DNA from: Candidatus Saccharimonadota bacterium
Lineage (GTDB): Bacteria; Patescibacteriota; Saccharimonadia; Saccharimonadales; JAXHNE01
Length of the DNA stretch: 64,000 nt
Reading direction: 5' to 3'
Assembly (NCBI GenBank): GCA_034520885.1
Contig: JAXHNE010000008.1
Coordinates: 100 to 64,099 of the forward strand
Under the pieces are notes generated by a model. It searched no databases, was not told where the DNA came from, and saw nothing but the letters and a program-made list of their open reading frames with translations. Positions 9,016 through 18,005 of this stretch are shown here, piece by piece. Every line of letters starts with the position of its first letter. Positions within the stretch are counted from its first letter, which is position 1. Position numbers and translations under genes: made by a program.

Positions 9016-9952
9016 GTTACGTAAAAAAACTCCCCCGAAAAGCGATGATACTCAGCGTGAGTCGTTGCGTGGGAAAGTGTCCCGCCCGGAAGCCTACAAT
9101 TATCACGCCAGGCGGTATCAAAGTGAGCGGGGGAACGACCGGGGGCACCCCCGTCCCGCTCCAAAAAGCGGTGATTCGCTCGGCCGCCGGTTGGAGCGAC
9201 TTACGAGCACTATACTCATCGGGGTTTTGGTGTTTTCGTTTTTGTACTTATTCTGGCTGGATATGTCGCCACGTGTGCGGCTGGCAGATAATCCCACTGC
9301 CACGGAGCCCCGGGGCTTGTTACGTGAGCCCGCGGAATACGAGGCCGGTATTCGCGACATTTTGGACGATACGCCGCTTTCCCGCAGCAAGTTGACGATC
9401 AATACGGAACGAATGCAAGAAAAGATATTGCAGCGTTACCCGGAACTGGCTTCGGTTACCATCACGCTTCCGCTTACCGGACAAAGGCCGATTATTGATA
9501 TCCGCCCCAGAGAATCCGCACTGCTGCTTAATTCGCGTGTCGGCGGTACGTATACCGTGGATCGCAGCGGCACGATTATGGGCGATGTGTCCGAGATTCC
9601 TCAAAGTGAGCGGTCTCATATCGAGTCATTACCCCTGGTTGAAGACAATTCCGGCGTAGAAGCTCGCCCCGGCCAACAAATTGTGACATCGGAGACCGTG
9701 AACTTTCTTCTACAATTAACGCATCAATACCGGCAAGCCGAAGCGCCGATCCGGGACATAACGTTCCCCCGGGATAAACCCAATGAAATACGCGTAACGG
9801 ATAGTGGAAACGAGTTTTTCGTAAAATACATTGTTACCCGTACGGCCGCCGAGCAATTCGGTGCCTACCGAGCCGTATTAGAGCGTACGGGAGGGGAGGG
9901 GGTCGAAGAGTACGTGGATGTTCGGGTTCCGGGAAAAGCTTTTTATAAATAA
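9005..9952 (+). CDS. ftsQ: FtsQ/DivIB-like cell-division protein
   Basis: The internal ATG (MKLKLRKK) overlaps the murG end. One TM segment (ILIGVLVFSFLYLFWL) is followed by a POTRA-like region. It occupies the canonical position after murG. Confidence 0.55.
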   Translation: MKLKLRKKTPPKSDDTQRESLRGKVSRPEAYNYHARRYQSERGNDRGHPRPAPKSGDSLGRRLERLTSTILIGVLVFSFLYLFWLDMSPRVRLADNPTATEPRGLLREPAEYEAGIRDILDDTPLSRSKLTINTERMQEKILQRYPELASVTITLPLTGQRPIIDIRPRESALLLNSRVGGTYTVDRSGTIMGDVSEIPQSERSHIESLPLVEDNSGVEARPGQQIVTSETVNFLLQLTHQYRQAEAPIRDITFPRDKPNEIRVTDSGNEFFVKYIVTRTAAEQFGAYRAVLERTGGEGVEEYVDVRVPGKAFYK

Positions 9953-10058
9953 CGGAATCGTCCGCGTGCATCATAGTCTACGATCCGTAAACCGGACAGC
10001 GGTTGTGCTGAGCACAACGTTGCCGAAAAGAACGCCCTCCACCCCGTTGTTCCCTGAG

Positions 10059-10075
10059 TGTTCGCAAAATGTTCA
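10059..10075 (+). promoter_or_regulatory. TGTTCGCAAAATGTTCA motif, copy 1
   Basis: An exact 17-mer repeated at 10632-10648. It has a GTTC-N7-GTTC direct-repeat architecture. Confidence 0.3.
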
Positions 10076-10601
10076 CCACTGTGCAACGTTGGGTTCGTGA
10101 GAAAAAACTATATCAACATATGAAAGTGGGGGAATGTCAAAAAATATAATACACAAACAAAAATAGGGAATTGCAAATATTTATAATGAAATGTCAAAAA
10201 AGCAAATGTTTTCACGCTTAGCTGTGGAAAACTTGTGGCATAGTCGTGATTTACAACACGCCCTGGAACACCCGGGCAGAAACCGCTTATGATAAAACAA
10301 GAGGACGTATGTGCGGGGCAATAAAACGTTTTTATACGTGTCCGTAGCCTAAAACGCCAAAAGTCCCCCGTTCGGGGACGACCCTTTAATTGGCTTATTA
10401 CCAGAATGTCGAGTCGCAAAAGATACATTGTGCGACATCACGTGTATTGCTCGAATGGGTTCTCTGGCTTCATGTGTTTGTGCTGATTATTTTGATTTTG
10501 TCCGCCCATTTTTGTTTTTTGGTTTTTACATTTTTATGTCGCCCGCTCTTTTTAAGCTTTTAATGGGTTTTTGCGCGTTTAATGCACTTTTTATCAAAGC
10601 T

Positions 10602-10625
10602 TGTTATATAACTAGTTATATAACA
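10602..10625. promoter_or_regulatory. 24-bp double palindrome TGTTATATAACTAGTTATATAACA (family copy 1 of 4)
   Basis: A perfect palindrome. Each half, GTTATATAAC, is itself palindromic. Confidence 0.5.
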
Positions 10626-10631
10626 AAATCA

Positions 10632-10648
10632 TGTTCGCAAAATGTTCA
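10632..10648 (+). promoter_or_regulatory. TGTTCGCAAAATGTTCA motif, copy 2
   Basis: It lies 6 nt after the palindrome. The flank ATCATGTTCGCAAAATGTTCAG resembles ACCATGGTAGCAAAGATGTTTAG, which sits beside the 54339 and 56408 palindromes. Confidence 0.3.
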
Positions 10649-11092
10649 GTATGCATATAGTTAAATCGTATTGCGCATCGTAGAGCACTTGCGGTTTCCG
10701 GCAACGCAGCTTGACGTTCAAACATTGAACTACCTATGCTCCGATAGTAAAGCGAGCATGAAGCCGCAGTGCGCCAGGTCTTGCGCCGCTGATAAGCTAC
10801 CTTCCTGACATTTCCTTTGCTTGTGACTAACCAAAAGTCTGGACTCAGTAGCGCCACGATTCGCTTGACACCTAGTCCAGTGTCTTGCTTATAGCCCGAA
10901 CATAATAACGTATTGCTATCGACACCGCTTCTAATGGTCACATGGACAAAATGAACGTACCTGACCAGGAGCTGTAAAGAAAATGTGTTTCATGAGGCAT
11001 TTCACCTTGCACAAGGCTTTACCGGCAGGGATGAAGACCATAAAATTCGCCATTTGCCTCTTTGAGCATGTGCGCAATCACGGTTGTTCTGG

Positions 11093-11497
11093 CTAAGACG
11101 TATATCGAACTGGGAGGATGCCGAGTGTGATGAGTTTGGTACTTCGGGGGCTGTAGTGTTCTTGGGCGTGTTTTGTACCGGGTTTGACATCCCTCGATAG
11201 CACTGAGTTATTAAGCTTCGGCTCGAAGTAATTAGGCAACTGACGCTCTGTATCGATTGTGGCCTGTTTCTTTTCTAGATCGGTATTCAAGTCATGTAAT
11301 CTGGATAATATCGCTGTTTTAACATCCTCTCTTCGCGCTGCAGACTCAGCAGTAACAGCTCCAGCAATTGCTGCTTCGCCAATTTGAGGGGAGGAGTTTC
11401 GGAGTACGCTTTCTATGTCGCTCGCAGCTGTCCAGGCAATAATATCTTCGTTATCTACTGATGCTGTAGCCTGAAACGATGTTTCATTTTCATTCAT
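11093..11497 (-). CDS. Hypothetical protein
   Basis: 134-aa ORF with a GAAAGGA-like RBS ~12 nt upstream. No recognisable domain. Confidence 0.35.
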   Translation of the reverse strand: MNENETSFQATASVDNEDIIAWTAASDIESVLRNSSPQIGEAAIAGAVTAESAARREDVKTAILSRLHDLNTDLEKKQATIDTERQLPNYFEPKLNNSVLSRDVKPGTKHAQEHYSPRSTKLITLGILPVRYTS

Positions 11498-11575
11498 GTA
11501 AGCTTATTTGTCCTTTCTAGTTCAAGACAAAAGCACGTTTAGGGGATGTTTGTAAGCTTCGTAGTACTACTAACT

Positions 11576-12610
11576 TTACTCGGCTAAACTATACGTGGCT
11601 TTGGCGACGCGCTGGAACTGTTGTTTGCCTTGGAGGTTCAGTAAAATCGTGGTTTCTTTGACCTTGCGGCTTTTTAGCACTTCGCGGACGATATCGTCGC
11701 GGTGCATGGGTTCGCCGCTATTTTTAAGGACCTCGGCGATGACGTCGGCTACGGTACCCTTGTTAAAACCCCATTCTTTCAAGGCGTAGACGCCGCGTCC
11801 GATGAGCACGAAGCGCGGATCTTTAATAAGTTCGTTATGAATCGCCTGAGTGGTAACGTCTTTGCGTTTAAATTCGCTGGCTTTGATGGCTTCGGAAATT
11901 TCGTTGAAGTGCATGTGTTTGCCGGCGTCATGCAAAATCACGTAGATTTTGTCGCGGATATTCTTGGGGTTGACCATCGGCCATTTAATAAGTCCCCAGC
12001 GGTCGTTTAATGTGGCCAGTTTTTTGCTGACACTCGCTAGAGCTGCGGTGTGGTTGTGGTCTTCGTGCCCCGCCGCGGCGGCAATGCGCTTGATTTCGGC
12101 CGGTTCACCAATGGCCTTGACGGAATCAATCACCTTGTTTACCAGCTCTTTAACGGTTTTATCGTCGTGTACTTCACGGATGGCCACGGAATGGTGATAA
12201 TGATCGTTTTCCTCGACGTAACTCAGGCGCGGGCATAGTTGTGCCAAAAAGGCGATACGGGACTGCCCTACTTTGCTTGTATCGTCGGAAAGCCGATCGG
12301 TGAGCTTGCTGACTCGGGCGACGTGGCCTAAGGCCTGTAGTTCCTTAATAAAGCGTTGCTGCACCTCCGGGATATGTGGGAGCTCTTCCCCGCTCGCCTG
12401 GGCTTTGAGCCGGGCGACGATGGCTTTTTCCAGTTGGCGAACGCGTTCGCGGGTAATACCCAAGAGTTCCCCGATCTGTTCCAGAGTTTCTTTGCGGTCG
12501 AACAAGCCGAAACGCCGCGAAATAATTTCGCGTTCTCGGTCGCGATCGATCGTTTTTAGAATGTCGTTAATAATTTCTTTGGTTTGCAAAGAGGTTTGCT
12601 CCTCGGCCAT
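11576..12610 (-). CDS. Sigma-70 region-4 HTH protein with HARE-HTH / RNAP-delta-like winged-helix repeats
   Basis: The N-terminus has REREIISRRFGL..TLEQIGELLGITRERVRQLEKAIVARLK. The C-terminus has HFNEISEAIK...RFVLIGRGVYALKEWG. Confidence 0.6.
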   Translation of the reverse strand: MAEEQTSLQTKEIINDILKTIDRDREREIISRRFGLFDRKETLEQIGELLGITRERVRQLEKAIVARLKAQASGEELPHIPEVQQRFIKELQALGHVARVSKLTDRLSDDTSKVGQSRIAFLAQLCPRLSYVEENDHYHHSVAIREVHDDKTVKELVNKVIDSVKAIGEPAEIKRIAAAAGHEDHNHTAALASVSKKLATLNDRWGLIKWPMVNPKNIRDKIYVILHDAGKHMHFNEISEAIKASEFKRKDVTTQAIHNELIKDPRFVLIGRGVYALKEWGFNKGTVADVIAEVLKNSGEPMHRDDIVREVLKSRKVKETTILLNLQGKQQFQRVAKATYSLAE

Positions 12611-12839
12611 AGTAATTACTTCCTCACTGTGTTGCTATTTGTATAATTTTAAAACATTGAACTTAAAAAGTCAAGGTACTTTCCCACTTGCCTTATTTTA
12701 GCACATATTAGACATTCGTGCAGAGACTTTGGCTATTAATATCACTACGAAACAACTTGCTTAAGCTCAAAATTGTGGATAAATACACAAAGCTAATTGA
12801 TTAGCTAGCCACTACTCCCTGAGCACTACAACCTAACCC

Positions 12840-15125
12840 TTATTTCTTGCGGACTTGGCGGCGTTTCTTTTTGGCCGGGGCTTTTTTGATCATTTCTTTG
12901 GCTTCGTCCTCCGTGATCTTTTTGGGGTCTTGGTCTTTTTTGATGCGCACGTTCTTTTTGCCGTCGGTGACGTAGGGGCCATACGGGCCGTTTAGTACTT
13001 TAATGCCGGATGGGAATTCGTTGATGTGCTTTTCTTTTTCCTTTTTTAGTTTTTCGGCGTAGAATTCGCGGGCTTCTTGCTCGGTGATTTTCATGGGGTC
13101 GTGCGGCTTTATGGAGACGAACAGTTTATCAACTTTGACGTAGGGGCCGAAGCGGCCGATGTTAGCGTAAATGTCTTGCCCGTCCTCGGTTTTGCCGACG
13201 TGCCGCGGAAGTTTGAACATTTCCATGGCTTGCTCAAAAGTGACGTCCTCTAATTCCACGCCTTCGGGCATGGGGGCGAAGTCCGGCTTTTCGTCGCTAT
13301 CGGTTTCACCGCGCTGCAACATGGGGCCGTAGCGGCCGTAACGGGCAATGACGGGTTTGCCGGACTTGGGGTCATCACCCAAACGGCGGGCCTGGGAGGT
13401 TTCTTCCCGGCTGACATCGGCGGCGTCTTCGACTAACGGGTGAAAGTTTTTATAAAAGTCTTTGAGCATGGCTTGCCACTCTTCGCCGCCTTCGGCAATA
13501 CAATCAAAGGCGCTTTCTACCGTGGCGGTAAAGTCATAATCGACAATCGGCCCGAAGTGCTTAACCAAAAAATCCGTGGTAACGTTGGCCAAGGAGGTCG
13601 GCACCAGTTTATTTTTGTCGGCACCGTAGTTTTCTTTCGCGGTTTCTTCCGTGATTTCATTATCTTTTAAGTGTAAGTCCAGGGCGTCGCGCTGGCTGCC
13701 TTCTACGTCGACCTTTTCCACGTAGCCGCGAGCTTGCACGGTGGAAATGGTCGGGGCGTAGGTGCTGGGGCGGCCGATACCCAACTCTTCCAGTTTGCGC
13801 ACCAGGCTGGCTTCGCTATAGCGGGCGGGCGGCTTGCTGAAGGTTTCGTGGGCGTTCATTTCCTTTAGTTTAAGCGAATCCCCTTCCTGGAGTTCCGGCA
13901 GCAGTACGTCGTCCTTGGTGCCACCGTACACCTTGAAAAAGCCGTCAAATTTTAAGATTTCGCCCTTGGCCAGGAGTGATTCTTGGCGTCCGCTGATGGC
14001 AATGTCAATCTCCGTGCGATCAAACACCGCTTGCGCCATTTGGCTGGCCAGCGTGCGCCGCCAAATAAGCTGGTAGAGCTTTTCTTGGCCGGCATCGTTT
14101 CCGGCGGTTTCTTTACTGAAACTGGTAGGCCGGATGGCTTCGTGCGCCTCTTGCGCGCCCTGGCTTTTGGTTTTGTACTGGCGGACTTGGTGGTAGTTTT
14201 CGCCGTAGTTCTTCTTTATATAGGTTTCCGCGGATGTAATGGCCTGGCCGGAAAGCGTGGTGCTATCGGTACGCATGTAGGTAATGTGGCCGCTTTCATA
14301 TAGTCGTTGGGCGAGCGTCATGGTTTGGCGTACCGAAAAGCCCAATTTACGGGCGGCTTCTTGTTGCAAGGTGCTGGTAGTGAACGGCGCCCCCGGGTTT
14401 CGTTTCCCCGGTTTTTTGGTAATGGAATTTACGGAGAAATCCGCGGTTTTGGACGCTTCCAAAAGCTCCTTGGCACGTTCGGACGAATCCAGTTTGTCGG
14501 GAAGTTCGGCGGGGAGTTCGCTGCCACTCGCGTCGAATTGGGCGGTGATCTTAAAACTGCTTTCGGGCGTGAAATCCTTGATTTCGCGCTCGCGCTCCAC
14601 GATCAAACGAACGGCCACGGATTGTACGCGGCCGGCGCTGGTGCCGGGGCGAACTTTACGCCACAAAACCGGGCTGAGTTCGTACCCGACCAGCCGGTCC
14701 AAAATACGCCGGGCTTGCTGGGCGTTGACCAGCTTCATATCCACGCCGCGCGGGTTTTCAATGGCGTGCTCGATGGCCGGTTTGGTGATTTCGTGAAACA
14801 CGATACGCTTGGTTTTTTTGTCGTCCAAGTCCAAGGCTTTACAGAGGTGCCAGGCAATGGCTTCCCCTTCGCGGTCTTCGTCGCTGGCCAGCCAGACGGT
14901 ATCGGCCTCTTTCACCGCGGATTTGAGTTCGGAAATGGTCTTTTGCTTGTCGGCGTTAATCTTATAAGTGGGCTTAAAATCTTTTTCGATATCAATATTC
15001 AAGCCCTTTTTGGGCAGATCACGTACGTGGCCAAAGCTGCTTTTCACCGAATAATCTTTTCCGAGATATCGTTCAATGGTTTTGGCTTTTGCGGGGCTTT
15101 CGACTATAACAACGTTTTTTGCCAT
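12840..15125 (-). CDS. topA: DNA topoisomerase I
   Basis: TOPRIM start MAKNVVIVESPAKAKTIERYLG, the active-site region ITYMRTDS, and C-terminal repeats GRFGPYV/GPYGPYV with a Lys-rich tail. Confidence 0.95.
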   Translation of the reverse strand: MAKNVVIVESPAKAKTIERYLGKDYSVKSSFGHVRDLPKKGLNIDIEKDFKPTYKINADKQKTISELKSAVKEADTVWLASDEDREGEAIAWHLCKALDLDDKKTKRIVFHEITKPAIEHAIENPRGVDMKLVNAQQARRILDRLVGYELSPVLWRKVRPGTSAGRVQSVAVRLIVEREREIKDFTPESSFKITAQFDASGSELPAELPDKLDSSERAKELLEASKTADFSVNSITKKPGKRNPGAPFTTSTLQQEAARKLGFSVRQTMTLAQRLYESGHITYMRTDSTTLSGQAITSAETYIKKNYGENYHQVRQYKTKSQGAQEAHEAIRPTSFSKETAGNDAGQEKLYQLIWRRTLASQMAQAVFDRTEIDIAISGRQESLLAKGEILKFDGFFKVYGGTKDDVLLPELQEGDSLKLKEMNAHETFSKPPARYSEASLVRKLEELGIGRPSTYAPTISTVQARGYVEKVDVEGSQRDALDLHLKDNEITEETAKENYGADKNKLVPTSLANVTTDFLVKHFGPIVDYDFTATVESAFDCIAEGGEEWQAMLKDFYKNFHPLVEDAADVSREETSQARRLGDDPKSGKPVIARYGRYGPMLQRGETDSDEKPDFAPMPEGVELEDVTFEQAMEMFKLPRHVGKTEDGQDIYANIGRFGPYVKVDKLFVSIKPHDPMKITEQEAREFYAEKLKKEKEKHINEFPSGIKVLNGPYGPYVTDGKKNVRIKKDQDPKKITEDEAKEMIKKAPAKKKRRQVRKK

Positions 15126-15221
15126 GTATGAGATTAGTGTACCTATTAATATGATTTCGGCAAGCGAGTGTAGCGTATAATTATGAATAAGTAAAAATTA
15201 TGTGGTGGAGTTTGAGGGATA

Positions 15222-15812
15222 ATGTCAACATTTGAAACGATGCCAACAATGCTTGCTGAAGCTCAGCTGACTGATTTTGGTGAGTTTTACTACGATGCAA
15301 ATAACCAAGATTTTTTTATCGCGGGTGAAGTTGTGGCGATGGCGGACAAAGACGTATATAATTGCCTCTTATCCCCTATGCCTGAAAAGTCCGCTGAAAT
15401 TTCAAGAGAAGTAGGTGCTTTCATCACTTCGTTCGGAACAATAATTACCACACCTCTCGTACATAAGTGGCTCAGACTTAACGGGGAAGAAACTAACTTT
15501 AACGACGTCAATAATGTACTGCGCTACGTGTTTGAAGAGAAACTTGATAAGCAAGATGACGATACTTCGGTTGGCGGTCAATTATATGGTTTTAGCTCCC
15601 ATTTCGTACGTGAGGGCCAAGTAAGACTAAGCGTTACGGGGGACTGCGCCTGCTGTGGCCCGAACTTATTCGGGACTTTTGTGGAAGAGCACGAATGGGA
15701 AACAGGGTTTGCAGAGTATGAACTACACAATATCGACTTCCCCGCTCAACACGTTGCGCTACTTGCGGGGTTGGGCCACTTAGCGCTTACTGCCAAGAAC
15801 GCACAGCTATAG
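15222..15812 (+). CDS. Hypothetical protein
   Basis: 196-aa ORF with a GAGGGA RBS ahead of the ATG. No recognised domain. Confidence 0.5.
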   Translation: MSTFETMPTMLAEAQLTDFGEFYYDANNQDFFIAGEVVAMADKDVYNCLLSPMPEKSAEISREVGAFITSFGTIITTPLVHKWLRLNGEETNFNDVNNVLRYVFEEKLDKQDDDTSVGGQLYGFSSHFVREGQVRLSVTGDCACCGPNLFGTFVEEHEWETGFAEYELHNIDFPAQHVALLAGLGHLALTAKNAQL

Positions 15813-15989
15813 ACGCGTGGAGGTCAAATGGTAGCCGCCGCAATGCGGGCATTTGTAGCTTCGCCGGGGTTTTTTGTTGGCTTTCGTGGGGTTAATTCGC
15901 TTGATTGCCGCCAGCGCCTCCGTATCGTTTTTAAACCGGCGTTTGTTTTTGCAGTTTTGTGAACTCTTGGTGGGCTTTTTGAAAAACAT
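15807..15989 (-). CDS. Small basic zinc-ribbon-like protein
   Basis: 60 aa and Lys/Arg-rich, with C..CPHCGGYH at the C-terminus. Confidence 0.4.
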   Translation of the reverse strand: MFFKKPTKSSQNCKNKRRFKNDTEALAAIKRINPTKANKKPRRSYKCPHCGGYHLTSTRL

Positions 15990-16022
15990 AACTTTAGTCT
16001 ACGCTATTTTTACGACTTTGGT

Positions 16023-16880
16023 TTACGATAACGTCCACTGTCCGCCGCCCTGGTTTCTTATTTTGCCATTGATTTCTAGCATTGTGAGGGTTTGGTTAAA
16101 CTGCGTGGCGTCCAACTCGCTGGCCTTTTGCAGTTGATGTGTGTCGTGAATGCTATCGGCGATGAGTTTTAGGAGCGTGGTTTCCTCTGGCGTATCGCCA
16201 AAGAGCTCGGTTTGCCGCTGTGTGCTATCCATTCCCAGAGCCGTGAGAATGTCTTCCGCTTCGGTAACCGGCACCGCGCCGGCTTTAATCAGATTGTTGG
16301 TGCCTTGGCTGGTATGGCTGGTGATGTTGCCCGGGATCGCCATGACGGTTTTTCCTTGGTCCAGGGCAAAATTGGCGGTATGCATGGTGCCGCTTTTGGC
16401 GGCGGCTTCGGTAATCAGCACCGCGTCGGAAAGGCCGGAAACCAAGCGATTTCGCTCCGTAAAGTGTGGCAGGAGCGGCGGCTTGCCTTCGGGGTATTCA
16501 CTGATGAGCGCGCCACCGCTTTTTAGTATCCGTTTTCCGATGTGAAAGTGGCTTTTGGGATAAATTTCATCCAACCCCGCGGGCATAATTGCTACCGTGT
16601 AGGCGTTGGCTTCCAGGGCGGCTTCATGGGCGAGTCCGTCGACTCCGAGCGCCAACCCGCTTACAATCCCGACGCCCTTGTCCGCTACCTCCCGGATTAA
16701 CCGGGACGTGACGTCGCGCCCGTAGCCGGATACTTTGCGGCTCCCCACCACTGCCAACAGAGGTATACTTTCCGCTTGCAGTATCTCCCCTTTTGCGTAT
16801 AATCTTTTGGGCGGCGAAGGGATTTCACGCAGTTTCCGAGGGATATCGTTACCGGTAAGCGTAACCACCTTGCCTTTCAT
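16023..16880 (-). CDS. dprA: DNA-processing protein DprA
   Basis: Rossmann-like core VVGSRKVSGYG, SGLALGVDGLAHEAAL, and a C-terminal winged helix. Confidence 0.9.
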   Translation of the reverse strand: MKGKVVTLTGNDIPRKLREIPSPPKRLYAKGEILQAESIPLLAVVGSRKVSGYGRDVTSRLIREVADKGVGIVSGLALGVDGLAHEAALEANAYTVAIMPAGLDEIYPKSHFHIGKRILKSGGALISEYPEGKPPLLPHFTERNRLVSGLSDAVLITEAAAKSGTMHTANFALDQGKTVMAIPGNITSHTSQGTNNLIKAGAVPVTEAEDILTALGMDSTQRQTELFGDTPEETTLLKLIADSIHDTHQLQKASELDATQFNQTLTMLEINGKIRNQGGGQWTLS

Positions 16881-16899
16881 ATAAAAATGTTTTTTAGTA

Positions 16900-16928
16900 T
16901 TGACATAAGAAAATATATTTGTTAATAT
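16900..16928 (+). promoter_or_regulatory. Near-consensus sigma70 promoter TTGACA-17nt-TAATAT
   Basis: Read directly from the sequence. It points away from dprA into a ~500-nt ORF-free interval. Confidence 0.5.
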
Positions 16929-16934
16929 GGCAAC

Positions 16935-17375
16935 TTGTAAGCGTCATTTCGATAGCTTACGCACCTTATACCCCCAATTCTAACATCTTTGGACATCTGT
17001 CCGTTTCTCATGTAGAAAATACATTGAGTACGGGAATGCGATGCCCAAGGAAACAAATGTTAGGTTGTTTTAGAGCGTGTCATAAGAAAGTTGTTACCCT
17101 CCGCTTTCTCCTTGGTTGACCCCTTCGGGTCGGCCAACCGTTCTAAAACAAACTAACCCCTTTAACCGCAGGTGTTTTCATCTGCAATTCAACGGTGAAT
17201 ATCCAGTATTCTCTGCCTTTTGGCGGGGAGGCGTGACCCTCGGTAGTTAGGCGTACACGCTTCACCGGGTGTGGGTTGAAGGGTGGAATCCGGGCACGTC
17301 TCACTTTTGCGAGATGAGAGGTGCCCACTGATGAGCCTCCAGCGGTGCCCACCCCCTCTGGAGGCTCGTTTATTA
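16935..17375 (+). ncRNA. Unassigned ~440-nt structured RNA candidate (promoter-to-terminator unit)
   Basis: Strong promoter upstream. It contains a UUCG-capped hairpin (17114-17139), several GC-rich helices, and a terminal 10-bp stem GAGCCTCCAG/CTGGAGGCTC followed by GTTTATT. No credible ORF; class not identified. Confidence 0.3.
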
Positions 17376-17428
17376 TGTATAAGATACTTGCTCCTTTCGG
17401 AGGGTGCGAGGTTCTTACAAAGTGTTTG

Positions 17429-17998
17429 TTACCAAATATTGGCCAGTGCTACTTTGGACAAAGCATGTACGTGTTCTGCATACGTATGTTTCCTTGCTTC
17501 AGTTCCCAACACCTTCATGAGTGAGAAAATTGGCATAGCTCGAGCTACGGTTATCTCACCGGGCTTTCCTTGGCTTAAAAGTCTAATTTGTTCGTCGATG
17601 TCTTTTTCTTCGGATAAGGGGTTTTTTAACAATAGGGATTGCGGATAGTCCCAATTTTTTACAACGCGGTTTTCTTCACTTGGTCGATTTTTCCTGCTCA
17701 CGAATCGATTGACCAAGCTTTCGGCGTGGAAGACTTTATGTACCTGTAGAGCAGGTTGCTGAATTCTTTCGTTTTCCGGTTCGTGAATACCAGGAGCAGA
17801 AACAATACCAGCCGATGCTTGTATGTGCATCGTGTTTGCTAATTTGTCGCGTTCTTCGGCTTCCTCGACCACCAGACGATATAGCGGCTGACCATAAGCC
17901 ATCATGGCATATTCTTGCCCGAGTTCTTTGCTCCCAAAACAGTCTTCAATTTTCCCCATGCATTCAATGATGCTCCGTTTTAATAATTTTGCAAGCAC
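17429..17998 (-). CDS. Hypothetical protein
   Basis: 189-aa ORF with a GTG start or an internal ATG. No recognised domain. Confidence 0.45.
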   Translation of the reverse strand: MLAKLLKRSIIECMGKIEDCFGSKELGQEYAMMAYGQPLYRLVVEEAEERDKLANTMHIQASAGIVSAPGIHEPENERIQQPALQVHKVFHAESLVNRFVSRKNRPSEENRVVKNWDYPQSLLLKNPLSEEKDIDEQIRLLSQGKPGEITVARAMPIFSLMKVLGTEARKHTYAEHVHALSKVALANIW

Positions 17999-18005
17999 AA
18001 GGGTT

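Noticed and set aside
10059-10075. TGTTCGCAAAATGTTCA has the GTTC-N7-GTTC direct-repeat form of some LexA (SOS) boxes.
   Set aside because: No such motif lies upstream of the umuD'-umuC operon (27361-27544), no lexA is in the window, and both copies sit in a gene-free zone. It is kept only as an unexplained repeat.
10632-10665. dif-like (XerCD) resemblance of TTCGCAAAATGTTCAGTATGCATAT and of the ATAA-CTAG-TTAT core of the 24-bp palindrome, in a convergent (terminus-like) zone.
   Set aside because: The match to the dif arms is partial. The central region of the palindrome is 4 nt rather than 6. The palindrome occurs four times in 64 kb, which is incompatible with a unique dif site.
10108-10941. 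ORFs 10108..10428 (-), 10428..10664 (+) and 10612..10941 (-) in the convergence zone.
   Set aside because: Cys/Phe-rich or Arg-rich nonsense-like composition, no RBS, and overlap with the palindrome or repeats. Treated as non-coding.
17272-17345. Cobalamin-riboswitch-like core (GGGTGGAATCCGGGCAC ... GTGCCCACTGATGAGCC) inside the ncRNA candidate; also a GGGUUGAAGGGUG string resembling RNase P J11/12.
   Set aside because: No convincing B12 box, and no downstream + strand gene to regulate. For RNase P, the motif is in the wrong relative position and the P4 GGAAAGUCC/ACAGAA elements are absent.
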